This document shows positions 6,593-15,895 of a stretch of 64,000 nucleotides of DNA, piece by piece (position 1 is the first letter of the stretch; every line of letters starts with the position of its first letter). The notes under the pieces were generated by a model, which did no database searches, had not been told where the DNA came from, and saw only the letters and a program-made list of their open reading frames with translations. Source of the DNA: Candidatus Methylomirabilota bacterium (GTDB lineage Bacteria; Desulfobacterota; Binatia; Bin18); assembly GCA_035575235.1 (NCBI GenBank), contig DATLYA010000005.1:369-64368 (forward strand). Reading direction: 5' to 3'. The position numbers and the translations under genes are program-made.

Positions 6593-7510
6593 GTGGAGGA
6601 AATGAGGAGGACTCGTATGCGTCACGCATGGATGTATGTCTTCGCCAGTATAAGTACGTGTTTCGCCACTGCGGCTGCCCACGCCCACGGCGCGGTAGGA
6701 AAGCGAGTATTTATTGAACCTTTTGTGACAGAAGACGCCAACCCTAAAAATGAGTTTGTCATTGCGAAACCTGGATTTTTTAACACTGACGAGGGCAACG
6801 TATTTTCGCTTGGTTTTGCGCTGGAAAAGAAGCTGTCAAACAACTTCAGCCTCACCTTGGAAGGCGAGTGGACCTCTGAACGGGCTGGCGGCCAGCCGCA
6901 TGTAGAGGGATTTCAAAACCCGGGAATCCTGCTCAAGTACAGTGTGTGGAAAGATCTGGCGCGAGAGTTCATCCTCTCGCCGGCTCTGGAAATTGAGTTC
7001 CCACTTGGTGATCGGGAAGTGGGGGCAGCAAGGGAGCTGATCGTCGCCCCCCTCCTCCTTTTTGCCCGGGGATTGGGCGACCTGCCGCAAAGTCTGTCGT
7101 ACCTCCACCCTCTCGCGCTGATGGGAGACATCGGGTTTGAGATCCTGACGAATGCGGAGACCGAAACCGTCCTCAAATATGACATCCTGCTGATGTACAG
7201 CCTTCCCTATCTTCGCGCTCACGTTCGTGAGCTTGACGCTCCGTGGCCGTTCACTCGGCTTATCCCCTTGGTGGAGTTCAACTTTGAAACCGGGGTGAAT
7301 GGAGAAGCTCGCCTAACCAAGGCTCGGCTGACTCCCGGCGTGGTATACCAGGGGCAGTTCGTGCAACTTGGTGTAGCTGGGCAATTTCCCCTCAATCGTA
7401 CGACCGCTCGAGAGTTAGATCCCAGCCTCCTGTTCCTGGTAGATCTCTTCTACGACGATCTCTTTCCCGCACTCGCCCAAACGTCGTGGGGCACGGGGAG
7501 TAAGGAGTAA
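6593..7510 (+). CDS. Putative outer-membrane/exported beta-rich protein
   Basis: Signal-like N-terminus (MRHAWMYVFASISTCFATAAAHA) and amphipathic beta pattern. Start is uncertain (6593, 6602 or 6617). Confidence 0.55.
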   Translation: MEEMRRTRMRHAWMYVFASISTCFATAAAHAHGAVGKRVFIEPFVTEDANPKNEFVIAKPGFFNTDEGNVFSLGFALEKKLSNNFSLTLEGEWTSERAGGQPHVEGFQNPGILLKYSVWKDLAREFILSPALEIEFPLGDREVGAARELIVAPLLLFARGLGDLPQSLSYLHPLALMGDIGFEILTNAETETVLKYDILLMYSLPYLRAHVRELDAPWPFTRLIPLVEFNFETGVNGEARLTKARLTPGVVYQGQFVQLGVAGQFPLNRTTARELDPSLLFLVDLFYDDLFPALAQTSWGTGSKE

Positions 7511-7662
7511 CAAAAAAGAAGAACAGCACGTGCGCGTGCTCCCCCAAGGGTTCGCGTTGTACGCAGGGGTGCTCCGTATCTGCCGGCTCAATCTATAACT
7601 CTTGAGAAGAGAGGCGGTAACCTTTCTCATGGCGATTCCGTCTGTATTCTGGAGGAGGCGTC

Positions 7663-8259
7663 ATGGAGACGAAAGACGAGCTGACCCCTTTGTATGCAGA
7701 GTTTGGCCCTCGCATCTACAGCTACCTGCGACGCCTCACGCAAGATGCCGCGTTAGCGGAAGAGCTGACGCAAGACACGTTTCTCCGCGCGCTCGAACAT
7801 CTCCAGACCTTTCGCGGTGACGGGTCGGTGTCCAATTGGCTCTACCGCATCGCGACCAATCTCTTCCGTGACTATTTGCGCGCCCACAAAGGCAAAGGAC
7901 AACCATCGTGGGAAAACGGAGAAGACGCTGAAGGAACAGAAGATATGCTTGCGCGAATTCCTGACCCTGCCCCTCCGCTTCCTCAAGTTCTTGAACAGCA
8001 AGCGGTCACCCAGTGTGTCCGCGACTGTATTGCTTCGCTGCCCGCACCCTATCGGGCTGCGCTGTTACTGTATGCCGTCGAAGGGAAAACCGTAGAAGAG
8101 AGCGTCGCCATCCTCGGCTGCAGCAAAGAGGCGATTAAGGTTCGCCTCCATCGTGCTCGTCAGTTGTTCAAGGCGTTAGCATCGGAACGCTGTGAGATCT
8201 CCGCGGAGCGTGGCGGCGAGGTGAGTTGTGTACTCAAAGGGCCAGGCAAGGAGGTATGA
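7663..8259 (+). CDS. ECF (sigma-70 group 4) RNA polymerase sigma factor
   Basis: Region 2 (ELTQDTFLRALEHLQTFRGDGSVSNWLYRIATNLFRDYLR) and region 4 (YRAALLLYAVEGKTVEESVAILGCSKEAIKVRLHRARQ). Confidence 0.9.
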   Translation: METKDELTPLYAEFGPRIYSYLRRLTQDAALAEELTQDTFLRALEHLQTFRGDGSVSNWLYRIATNLFRDYLRAHKGKGQPSWENGEDAEGTEDMLARIPDPAPPLPQVLEQQAVTQCVRDCIASLPAPYRAALLLYAVEGKTVEESVAILGCSKEAIKVRLHRARQLFKALASERCEISAERGGEVSCVLKGPGKEV

Positions 8260-8261
8260 TC

Positions 8262-8500
8262 ATGAACTGCCGAGTATTTGTCGAATCGATGTTTGAGTTT
8301 GCCGGGGAGAGCTAGGACCCAATGACATGGCGCTACGCCGCGCTCATTTGGCCAGTTGCGTTAAGTGCCAACAGGAGTTGACTGAGACGGAAGCCTGTTT
8401 TGCCATGATGAAGTCGTGCTGTGGGACAGAAAAAATGCCTGAAGGACTGGACCAGAAGCTGCGGGAGCTAATGGCGAGTTGTTGTGGTTCGAGCAAGTAA
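8262..8500 (+). pseudogene. Soluble ZAS-type (RsrA-like, HxxxCxxC) anti-sigma factor with two CC pairs; 1-nt frameshift near 8305-8313
   Basis: MNCRVFVESMFEFAGE / LGPNDMALRRAHLASCVKCQQELTETEACFAMMKSCCGTEKMPEGLDQKLRELMASCCGSSK. The two parts are in different frames and join at a G4 run. This may be a sequencing error. Confidence 0.65.
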
Positions 8501-8506
8501 AGGTGG

Positions 8507-8695
8507 ATGATGTATCTCATCGGCTCTTGGTGGCTCTTTCCTCTCCTGGGGCTTCTGGTGATGGTAGGCATGAGGGTGTTGTGTATGCGGATGATGCACA
8601 CGGGCTGTTGCCACAGAGCCAGCCGCAGCCCAGGGCGTCAGGGGCCTGTAACCTTTTCTTCTGCACCTCCGTCTGTACCTGGTGAACGCGACTAA
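8507..8695 (+). CDS. Possible small membrane protein with HTGCCH motif
   Basis: MMYLIGSWWLFPLLGLLVMVGMRVLCMRMMHTGCCH... One TM span. RBS spacing is poor. Confidence 0.35.
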   Translation: MMYLIGSWWLFPLLGLLVMVGMRVLCMRMMHTGCCHRASRSPGRQGPVTFSSAPPSVPGERD

Positions 8696-8727
8696 AAGCG
8701 TATCTTCAACAGCAGGAGGAAAATCGA

Positions 8728-9330
8728 ATGGAAGCACGGCTCTCACAGAAAGAGAAAGAACTCGTCGCAGTCGGCGCCTCCGTGGCAGCGGGGTGTATCC
8801 CGTGTACCGAGTATCACCTGAAGGAAGTGAAGGGAGCTGGAGCCACGACCCAGGAAATTACGGCGGCCATTGATGCTGCTCTCTGTGTGAAAGGCAGCAC
8901 GCGCGGCATCATGGAGCAGGTGGCATACCAGGCGCTGGGCGTGCCCAGAGAAGAGCAGCCGTCCTGCTGCGCGGGGCCAACTGATCGCATGAAAGAGCTC
9001 GTCTCGATTGCGGCCGCAGTGGCGGTCAACTGTCCAACAAACCTGCGCAAGCATGGGGATGCCGGTCGCAGCGTGGGCGTGCGCACAGAAGAGATTCAGC
9101 TTGTCGTTGGATTGGCCAAAATGATTCGCAGCAAAGCGATGGAAAAGACTGATGAGGTGGCAAAGGAGTTAGCCGCTCCCACCTGTGCTCCGCTTCAGGC
9201 GTCTTGTGGCCCGACAGTGCAGATTGCACCCCAACCCCAGACGGCGATGGGAAGTTGTTGCGGTCCCAGCGTCAGCGTCCGACCCGGCGTACAGCCTGTG
9301 CAGGCATCGGCAAAGGGGTCATGCTGCTAA
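8728..9330 (+). CDS. Carboxymuconolactone decarboxylase (CMD/AhpD-like) family protein with Cys-pair-rich tail
   Basis: LSQKEKELVAVGASVAAGCIPCTEYHLKEVKGAGATTQEI. A second degenerate CMD repeat follows. Tail carries SCCAGP, GSCCGP and terminal GSCC. Good RBS. Confidence 0.85.
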   Translation: MEARLSQKEKELVAVGASVAAGCIPCTEYHLKEVKGAGATTQEITAAIDAALCVKGSTRGIMEQVAYQALGVPREEQPSCCAGPTDRMKELVSIAAAVAVNCPTNLRKHGDAGRSVGVRTEEIQLVVGLAKMIRSKAMEKTDEVAKELAAPTCAPLQASCGPTVQIAPQPQTAMGSCCGPSVSVRPGVQPVQASAKGSCC

Positions 9331-9416
9331 CGTGAGACAGAAAGGCGAGAGAGTATCCCGGGGATATTCTCTCGTGCCGCTACGCTCTTCAAGAGCCGGC
9401 CAATTTGTATGTTGCG

Positions 9417-9445
9417 TTGACATATCAAAAAAATTTGATACAAAG
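9417..9445 (+). promoter_or_regulatory. Putative promoter plus palindromic operator upstream of acr3
   Basis: TTGACA (9417-9422) followed by the perfect palindrome TATCAAAAAAATTTGATA (9423-9440). ArsR/SmtB-like operator is inferred; no arsR gene is seen in the window. Confidence 0.35.
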
Positions 9446-9598
9446 AAAGCGAAGAAGAAGGCGTCATTGCCTCTCACATGTCGGGCCGTACTGAACTGAA
9501 CAAGCACCGGAGTCCCATTCGCCAACGAAAATTCTTCGAATTGTATCTTGTCATCCTGCTGCGATATTCTCATGACTGATAAGGAGAGTCGAGGATTC

Positions 9599-10660
9599 AT
9601 GAACAACCACTTGTCGTTTCTCGATCGGTTTCTCACCCTGTGGATTTTTCTGGCGATGGCCGTTGGAGTCTCCGCGGGCCATCTCATCCCCAACGTGGAA
9701 TCCTTCATCAACCGCTTCCAGGTCGGCACGACTAACATTCCGATCGCCATTGGCCTCATCCTGATGATGTATCCACCGTTGGCGAAGGTGCGCTACGAAG
9801 AGCTGGGGCAGGTGTATCGCAACTGGAAAATCCTAGGCCTCTCGCTGGTGCAAAACTGGGTCATCGGCCCGATTCTCATGTTTGTCCTCGCCCTGTTGTT
9901 TCTGCGAGACTACCCTGAGTACATGGTCGGCTTGATCATGGTCGGCTTGGCTCGCTGTATCGCCATGGTCATTGTGTGGAATGAACTGGCCCGAGGAGAT
10001 ACCGAATACTGCGCCGGGCTGGTAGCGTTCAACAGTGTGTTTCAGGTGCTGTTTTACAGCGTCTATGCCTGGGTGTTCATTACGGTGTTGCCGCCGCTGT
10101 TTGGTCTGCAGGGCAGCATCGTCGATATCAGCATCGGGCAGATTGCCGAGAGTGTGTTTATTTACCTTGGGATTCCCTTCCTTGCAGGAATGGCTACCCG
10201 GTTCGTGTTAGTCAAAGCAAAAGGCAAGGAATGGTACCATACCGTCTTCATCCCGCATATTAGTCCCATTACCCTGATTGCGCTCCTCTTCACGATTGTG
10301 GTGATGTTCAGTCTCAAGGGCAATCTGATCGTTCAACTGCCGTTTGACGTCATTCGTATTGCCATCCCCCTCTTTTTCTACTTCGTGGCGATGTTTTTAG
10401 TGAGCTTTTATATGGGTCGGAAAGTTGGGGCGGATTACTCGCAGACAGCGACGCTCTCCTTTACGGCGGCCAGCAACAACTTTGAGCTCGCCATCGCCGT
10501 GGCGGTGGCGGTGTTTGGCATCAATTCCGGCACGGCCTTTGCCGCGGTGATCGGGCCGTTGGTGGAAGTGCCGGTGTTGGTTAGTTTAGTGAACGTGGCC
10601 TTGTGGTTTCAGCGGCAATATTTTGGGGGTAGTGCCCGGCCTTTCTTGGTGCGCTCCTAA
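9599..10660 (+). CDS. acr3: ACR3-family arsenite efflux transporter
   Basis: [24 protein letters not shown]...[26 protein letters not shown]...[24 protein letters not shown] 10 nt upstream of ATG 9599. Confidence 0.95.
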   Translation: MNNHLSFLDRFLTLWIFLAMAVGVSAGHLIPNVESFINRFQVGTTNIPIAIGLILMMYPPLAKVRYEELGQVYRNWKILGLSLVQNWVIGPILMFVLALLFLRDYPEYMVGLIMVGLARCIAMVIVWNELARGDTEYCAGLVAFNSVFQVLFYSVYAWVFITVLPPLFGLQGSIVDISIGQIAESVFIYLGIPFLAGMATRFVLVKAKGKEWYHTVFIPHISPITLIALLFTIVVMFSLKGNLIVQLPFDVIRIAIPLFFYFVAMFLVSFYMGRKVGADYSQTATLSFTAASNNFELAIAVAVAVFGINSGTAFAAVIGPLVEVPVLVSLVNVALWFQRQYFGGSARPFLVRS

Positions 10661-10807
10661 CACCAAATAAGGCAACGTACAAAAACCCCCTGGCGGTGAG
10701 CGCTGAGAGGAGGTTAAACAACAGAGCCCGTGTCCAGCTGAAACCGCCGTCGACCAGCACCCCGCAGGCGCCGTGTTTCTGGAGAATCGCGTGAAGGATA
10801 CAGAGAT

Positions 10808-10924
10808 TTATTTCTTTTGCATTTCCTCACCGCAGCATTTGAGCGTGCCCGCGCCGCCTTTGGTGACAATAACCTGGGCGCCGCATTTCGTACAGACATA
10901 CATTTTGCCAAGTTGATTGGGCAT
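10808..10924 (-). CDS. Desulforedoxin-like small FeS4/zinc-ribbon protein (38 aa)
   Basis: MPNQLGKMYVCTKCGAQVIVTKGGAGTLKCCGEEMQKK matches the desulforedoxin pattern YxCxxCG...G.L.CCG..M. AAGGAG RBS. Below the track cutoff. Confidence 0.75.
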   Translation of the reverse strand: MPNQLGKMYVCTKCGAQVIVTKGGAGTLKCCGEEMQKK

Positions 10925-11128
10925 ACTCGTATTTACTCCTTACCAGGAACGCGAGATCTCTATCACCATTAGCATGCTGATCTCGTTGGCAACAGGGGAA
11001 GAATGTTGTCATTGACGAGAGAGGAGACCTGACGACGCTGAACAGCCGCGAGCTGGTAACCTTTTCCCGGACTGAGTGGGGTAATCGCGACGATCTTCCC
11101 ATTGAACGGTAGGAAGGAAGAACATCTT

Positions 11129-11986
11129 GTGAAGAGTTTGTTGTTTCTCTGTGTGGCGAATTCGGCGCGTAGTCAAATGGCTGAGGGACTGGCGCGCCGT
11201 CTCTTCAGTGACACCGTGCAGGTGCAAAGTGCGGGATCGAACCCTACGCAGGTAAATCCACTGGCGATCGAGGTGATGGCGGAAATTGGTATAGATATTT
11301 CTGGCCACACCGCAAAGTCGATTGACGCACTTGACCTGGCGGCGGTGGATACGGTGATCACCCTGTGCGCCGAGGAAGTGTGTCCGGTTTTTCTCGGTCA
11401 AGCGGAACGACTACATTGGCCGATCCCCGATCCGGCAGGGCATGAGGGCGAATCGCCTGAGCAGCAACTGCACCGCTTTCGCGCCGCCCGCGAGCAGCTT
11501 CGCGGGCGGCTGGAAGTGCTCGCGGCGCTGCGCGAGGTCCCTACGGCGCCAACTTTTGACGAATTCCATTGTAGTGTGCGGGTTACTGATCTGCCGCGGA
11601 GCGCGCACTTTTACGCCTGGCTACTGGGAACCCGTCCTAAGGAGTGGACTCACCGATATGTGACGTTTCATCTGCCCCAGCGGCATACCAACTTCGTGCT
11701 GGTGGTGTCAGACGGCAAAGAGTTGCATCACGATACGTTGTATCATCTGGGGATCGGCGTGCCGGACAAGCAAGCCGTACTCGATTGGTATGAACGGGCG
11801 GTGAGGGCAGGATGGCCGATTGCCAAGCCGCCGCGCACCACCTGGCGCGGGACGCCCTTGCATGAACTGTGGCTCACCGACCCAGATGGAAACCTGATCG
11901 AGATCTACGCCCGGCTGACGGAGGCGGAGCTCGCTATGAAACCGGCAGACGAGGAACCGGTGTTCCTCGTCCCACGCACTCCCTAG
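11129..11986 (+). CDS. arsC: Arsenate reductase (LMW-PTP type) fused to a VOC/glyoxalase-fold domain
   Basis: [20 protein letters not shown] (CX5R-S P-loop), TLCAEEVCP Cys pair, DPAG. The C-terminal about 150 aa is VOC-like ([10 protein letters not shown]...[17 protein letters not shown]). GTG 11129 is taken by analogy with the paralogue at 30949. Confidence 0.85.
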   Translation: MKSLLFLCVANSARSQMAEGLARRLFSDTVQVQSAGSNPTQVNPLAIEVMAEIGIDISGHTAKSIDALDLAAVDTVITLCAEEVCPVFLGQAERLHWPIPDPAGHEGESPEQQLHRFRAAREQLRGRLEVLAALREVPTAPTFDEFHCSVRVTDLPRSAHFYAWLLGTRPKEWTHRYVTFHLPQRHTNFVLVVSDGKELHHDTLYHLGIGVPDKQAVLDWYERAVRAGWPIAKPPRTTWRGTPLHELWLTDPDGNLIEIYARLTEAELAMKPADEEPVFLVPRTP

Positions 11987-12006
11987 GATGAATGCCGAGC
12001 ATGCCC

Positions 12007-13574
12007 TCAACGGGTCCAGGCGAGCCATTTGCTGAACAGCCGCTTCACAAACGGTGTCAGCCGTGTGCGGTTGAATTGATCGCCTAGTTTACGGATGGCC
12101 TCGGCGTGGGTCGGATAGGGGTGAATCGTGCCGCCAATCTTCTTCAGCCCGAGGCCGTGTGTGATCGCCAACGACAGTTCAGAGATCATATCGCCCGCGT
12201 GACGCGCGACAATGGTTGCACCCACGATAGTGTCTGTTCCTTTCTTCACGTGCACTTTGACGAAACCGTCCTCATCGCCGTCTAACACCGCGCGGTCGAC
12301 ATCGCGGAACTCCTGGACGAACGTGTCAACGTCGATCCCCTTTTCTTTCGCTTGGCCTTCGTACAGCCCCACATGGGCGATTTCGGGCGAGGTGTAGGTA
12401 CACCAGGGCATCCCAGCGAGGTGGACTTCTTGCGGCCTTTGAAGAGGGCATTGTGAATCACGATGCGCGCCATAAAATCGGCGGCATGGGTAAACTGGTA
12501 GGGTGAACAAATATCGCCCGCGGCGTAAATCCGGGGGTTTGTCGTCTGCAGGCGGTCGTTGACCTTCACGCCTTTCTTGTCGTACTCCACCCCCACCGCT
12601 GCCAGATTCAGATGTTCGACATTTGGCGCTCGGCCAACAGATACCAACAGTTGGTCGAGCGGCTCATCGTAGCTCTGCCCATGCGAGTCAACCGTGAGTC
12701 GAATGCCGCGCTCGTTTTTGATCGTCAAGTTTTGCCCGCAACAGAGGAGCGTGACGCCGTCTCGTGTGATCGCCCGTTGCACGACCTCCGCTGCGTCACG
12801 GTCTTCGCGCGGCAGGATGCCGTGTTCCGCCTCGACCAGAAACACTTCAGACCCCAGCTGCGCGAACGCCTGCGCCATCTCGCAACCGATCGGCCCGGCG
12901 CCAATGACGCCGAGTCGTCGGGGAAGCTCGGTCAGCGAGAATATTGTTTCGTTGGTCAGATAGTCCACTGAGTCCAAACCAGGAATCGGCGGCGCCGCGG
13001 CGCGCGCGCCGGTCGCGATCACGGCCTGCTTGAAGTTGAGCCGCGTCCCGTCCACCTCAACGGTGCTGGAATCTACAAACTGCGCCTGCCCGAAATAGAC
13101 GTCAACGCCAAGATCGCGGAATCGTTGCGCCGCATCATTCCGGCTGATACGGGCTCGCAACCGTCGCATCCGTTGCATGACGGCGGCAAAGTCCACCTTC
13201 ACCCCGGTTGACACTTCGACACCGAACTCGCGAGCAATGCCCACGGCTGCCGCGACGCGGGCGGCACTAATAACACCCTTCGACGGTACGCAGCCAACGT
13301 TCAGGCAGTCGCCGCCCATCAGGCTGTGCTCGATCAGCGCGACCTTGGCGCCCAGGCCAGCGGCTCCGGCTGCCGTCACCAACCCAGCAGTGCCAGCGCC
13401 GATGACAACCAGATTGTAGCGCCCACTTGGTTGCGGATTCACCCAGTCCAAGGGATGAATGTTACGAACCAGTTCCTGATTGAACTCGTCCGCCGGACTG
13501 GTTTGCGGTAAGTGCTCAATCACCGGCTGATCGACAAGATGCAGGCGTTTTTTCTGAATCACGGACTCCCCCAT
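12007..13574 (-). pseudogene. FAD-dependent pyridine nucleotide-disulfide oxidoreductase (mercuric-reductase/dihydrolipoamide-dehydrogenase family), frameshifted near 12408-12420
   Basis: GAGTAGLVTAAGAAGLGAKVALIE, redox-active CLNVGCVPSK, second GxGxxG. The C-terminal interface domain (IPWCTYTSPEIAHVGL...THPYPTHAE) continues in another frame (track ORFs 12282..13574 and 12007..12510). Confidence 0.85.
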
Positions 13575-13741
13575 TCTTCTTTCTCTTGGAGGAAATACAC
13601 GTGTGGGTCAACATACGGTGGGCGCACTCGCTCGCATTCAGTCTCGGCCGGCCTCGGTGTCCGCTCTTTCGCTCTCTTTGGCTACAAGAGCAGGCCGCGC
13701 CGATCGGCAGCCGGCTGCAGGCGCCCAGGGGCACGGCACGC

Positions 13742-13835
13742 AATCTGCCCGTTTGCCACGCCTGACTCCTCCACCTCGAGTGGTCTGGGAACTCTTTGTA
13801 GTAAACCAGTCTCGAGAAGCGATCGTTCCCGTTAT
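13742..13835 (-). repeat. Copy 1 of a 95-nt conserved leader/5'-end element (degenerate)
   Basis: About 92% identical to 40312-40406. Contains the CTCGAG...CTCGAG hairpin, the GGAGGAG RBS and the first codons (V)ANGQI of a Tat-signal ORF that decays after about 25 codons. Confidence 0.6.
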
Positions 13836-14133
13836 GTCCACGCTCCATACTTCTGAGAGCAGCAACTAGCGCAAGAGTTCCCCGAACCTGTCTTTAGCTC
13901 TCTTCTCTTTTTCCCACCTACCGACGTTCGCCCCAGCAATGATCAACTGCCCGGCGCTCTACGTGCATCGCGGCGCGTGTACGCGTGTCGGCAGACTTTT
14001 TCAGGGGAACCTTTGGGCGCCCGTGAGCGTTTATTCTCAAGCTCAAGGGGGGAAATGTGTTTGTGGGAACTTCTGCAGGCGATGAAGAGTTTTCTCTACA
14101 AAAGCCAAGCAGCCCGAGAGAAAGGAGGAGACT

Positions 14134-14715
14134 ATGACCTGGGTAAAAACTTTTGCTGAGCATGAGGCCAGCGGACGACTGGCCGAGGTATATGCCGAGT
14201 TAATGAAACACCCACTCGGTGGGGGTCGGGTACCCAACATCATGAAGTGCATGAGCCTGCGACCGGAAGCCCTCCTCGGCGTCTGGCGCCTCAACATGGG
14301 CATCACCTTTGGCGCCTCAACCCTTGGACGGGTGCGGGAGGAGATGATCGCTACTGCGGTCTCTGCCCTCAACCACTGCCATTATTGAACGAATTCCCAC
14401 GCAGAGTTTCTGCGTATGGAGACCGGAAACCACACTTTAGTGAAACATCTCAAGACCGACCCCACTAATGCTCCACTGGCGCCGCCAGACAAGGCCATGA
14501 TCGACTTCGCCCTCAAGCTCACACGCGAGCCCTGGACCGTCAAACAGGCAGATGTCGAGGGTCTCCAGCAGCACGGCTTCAGCGAAGAGCAGGTAGTAGA
14601 TATCGTGCTGATCACCTGCACCTTTAACTTTATGGATCGCCTGGCCGATGGCCTGGGGGTGGAGCTCGATCCTAGGATGCAACGGCTAGTAGAAATGAAT
14701 GCAGACAAGAGCTAG
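14134..14715 (+). CDS. AhpD/CMD-family peroxidase-related selenoprotein, motif C-H-Y-U (UGA 14386-14388)
   Basis: Track ORFs 14134..14388 and 14416..14715 share a frame. ...TAVSALNHCHY[U]TNSHAEFLR... matches S..N.C.YC...H. Strong RBS (AAAGGAGGAG). Confidence 0.85.
14399..14415 (+). promoter_or_regulatory. Candidate SECIS hairpin for UGA 14386-14388
   Basis: ACGCAG/CUGCGU perfect 6-bp stem with loop AGUUU, 10 nt after the UGA. Confidence 0.55.
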
Positions 14716-14929
14716 CAGGTGTCGGAGCGTGCTGCGGAGTAGAGCTGAGGGTGCGGAGGAAAAGCGAACCAAGGGGAGTAAAGAAAAACCGCACTTCCTC
14801 TCCTCCCAGCTGTTCCGGGGAACTTTCCGTAACACTTCTCTGTTCATCAAACTGCCGGGAAAGTGGACGAAGAGAAAGAAATTCCACGTACCCAGTTAGC
14901 TCTGGGGAGTAACCACGGAGAGGTACAGG

Positions 14930-15295
14930 ATGATGAAAAAATTTGTCATCGCGAGCCTGGGGTTGTTCCTTCTGGCAGGCGTATCACCTCTGGTGAGAGC
15001 GGCAGATGAAGGAGCAAAGACCGTTACGGGTGAGGTTATTGACTCTTTTTGTTATGTCGGCATGGGCGCCAGAGGCGCAAGTCATAAGCAGTGCGGCGTT
15101 GACTGTGCCAAAAAGGGCATGTCGGTGGGGCTTCTGGAGAACGGGACGGATAAGATTTATGTCTTGCTTCCGGACAAAGACAAGACACCTCTTCCTGACG
15201 GCGTTATCAATAAAATGGGGAGCACGGCCACGGTCACCGGCAAGTCGTATACGAGTGGCGGCGTCTCATTTCTGATGGTCAGCTCAGTCAGGTGA
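14930..15295 (+). CDS. Exported Cys-containing hypothetical protein
   Basis: Signal peptide MMKKFVIASLGLFLLAGVSPLVRA; four Cys (FCYVG...KQCGVDCAKKG). Confidence 0.6.
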   Translation: MMKKFVIASLGLFLLAGVSPLVRAADEGAKTVTGEVIDSFCYVGMGARGASHKQCGVDCAKKGMSVGLLENGTDKIYVLLPDKDKTPLPDGVINKMGSTATVTGKSYTSGGVSFLMVSSVR

Positions 15296-15299
15296 TCCT

Positions 15300-15785
15300 G
15301 TGCTAGACTCGGTCCTTCCGACAGGGGTGCAGCACCTCCAGAACGTCCATCCATTGGTGGTTCACTTTCCCCTAGCGTTTCTGACAGGCGCCGCGCTTCT
15401 CTATCTTCTTGCCGGGCTCGCCGGGCGGGAATCCTGGGCGTGGACGGCATTGTGGCTTCTCGGATTGGGGACCATGTCGGCAGCCGTCGCGGTGGCGACC
15501 GGCCTCTATGCTGAGCCCGGCGTGATGATTGCGCGCTCTGTGCGCGCCGAGTTGCTCGAGCCCCATAAGCGCTTGATGCTCGCCACCTTTGCGCTCAGTA
15601 CGGTACTGAGCCTGTGGGCCGTGGCTGACCGGCCTATTCCTACCAAGGGCAGGCTCATCTTTCTGCTGCTGCTCCTCCTCTTCCTTGCCGGGATGACCTG
15701 GGGCGCCGACTATGGCGGCCGACTCGTCTACGATAATAACGCTGGCGGTAACGCCTGCCACCAACCGATTGAATTCACCCAGTAG
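15300..15785 (+). CDS. DUF2231-like integral membrane protein
   Basis: HPLVVHFPLAFLTGAALLYLL motif and four TM spans. Confidence 0.7.
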   Translation: MLDSVLPTGVQHLQNVHPLVVHFPLAFLTGAALLYLLAGLAGRESWAWTALWLLGLGTMSAAVAVATGLYAEPGVMIARSVRAELLEPHKRLMLATFALSTVLSLWAVADRPIPTKGRLIFLLLLLLFLAGMTWGADYGGRLVYDNNAGGNACHQPIEFTQ

Positions 15786-15895
15786 TATCGGGCCACTCCG
15801 TTCAATAACGTATAAGTCAGCTTTGGGACTCTTTCCCGACTTTCGAAGCTGCGCACGCCCGGCGGATCGGTGCGAAGTCTGAAGTGATACGATCG

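Noticed and set aside
12007-13574. Two separate genes (12282..13574 and 12007..12510)
   Set aside because: Together they reconstruct one class I flavoprotein disulfide reductase (FAD, NAD and interface domains), with the frame change inside the conserved ...GRKK..IPWCTYT... junction.
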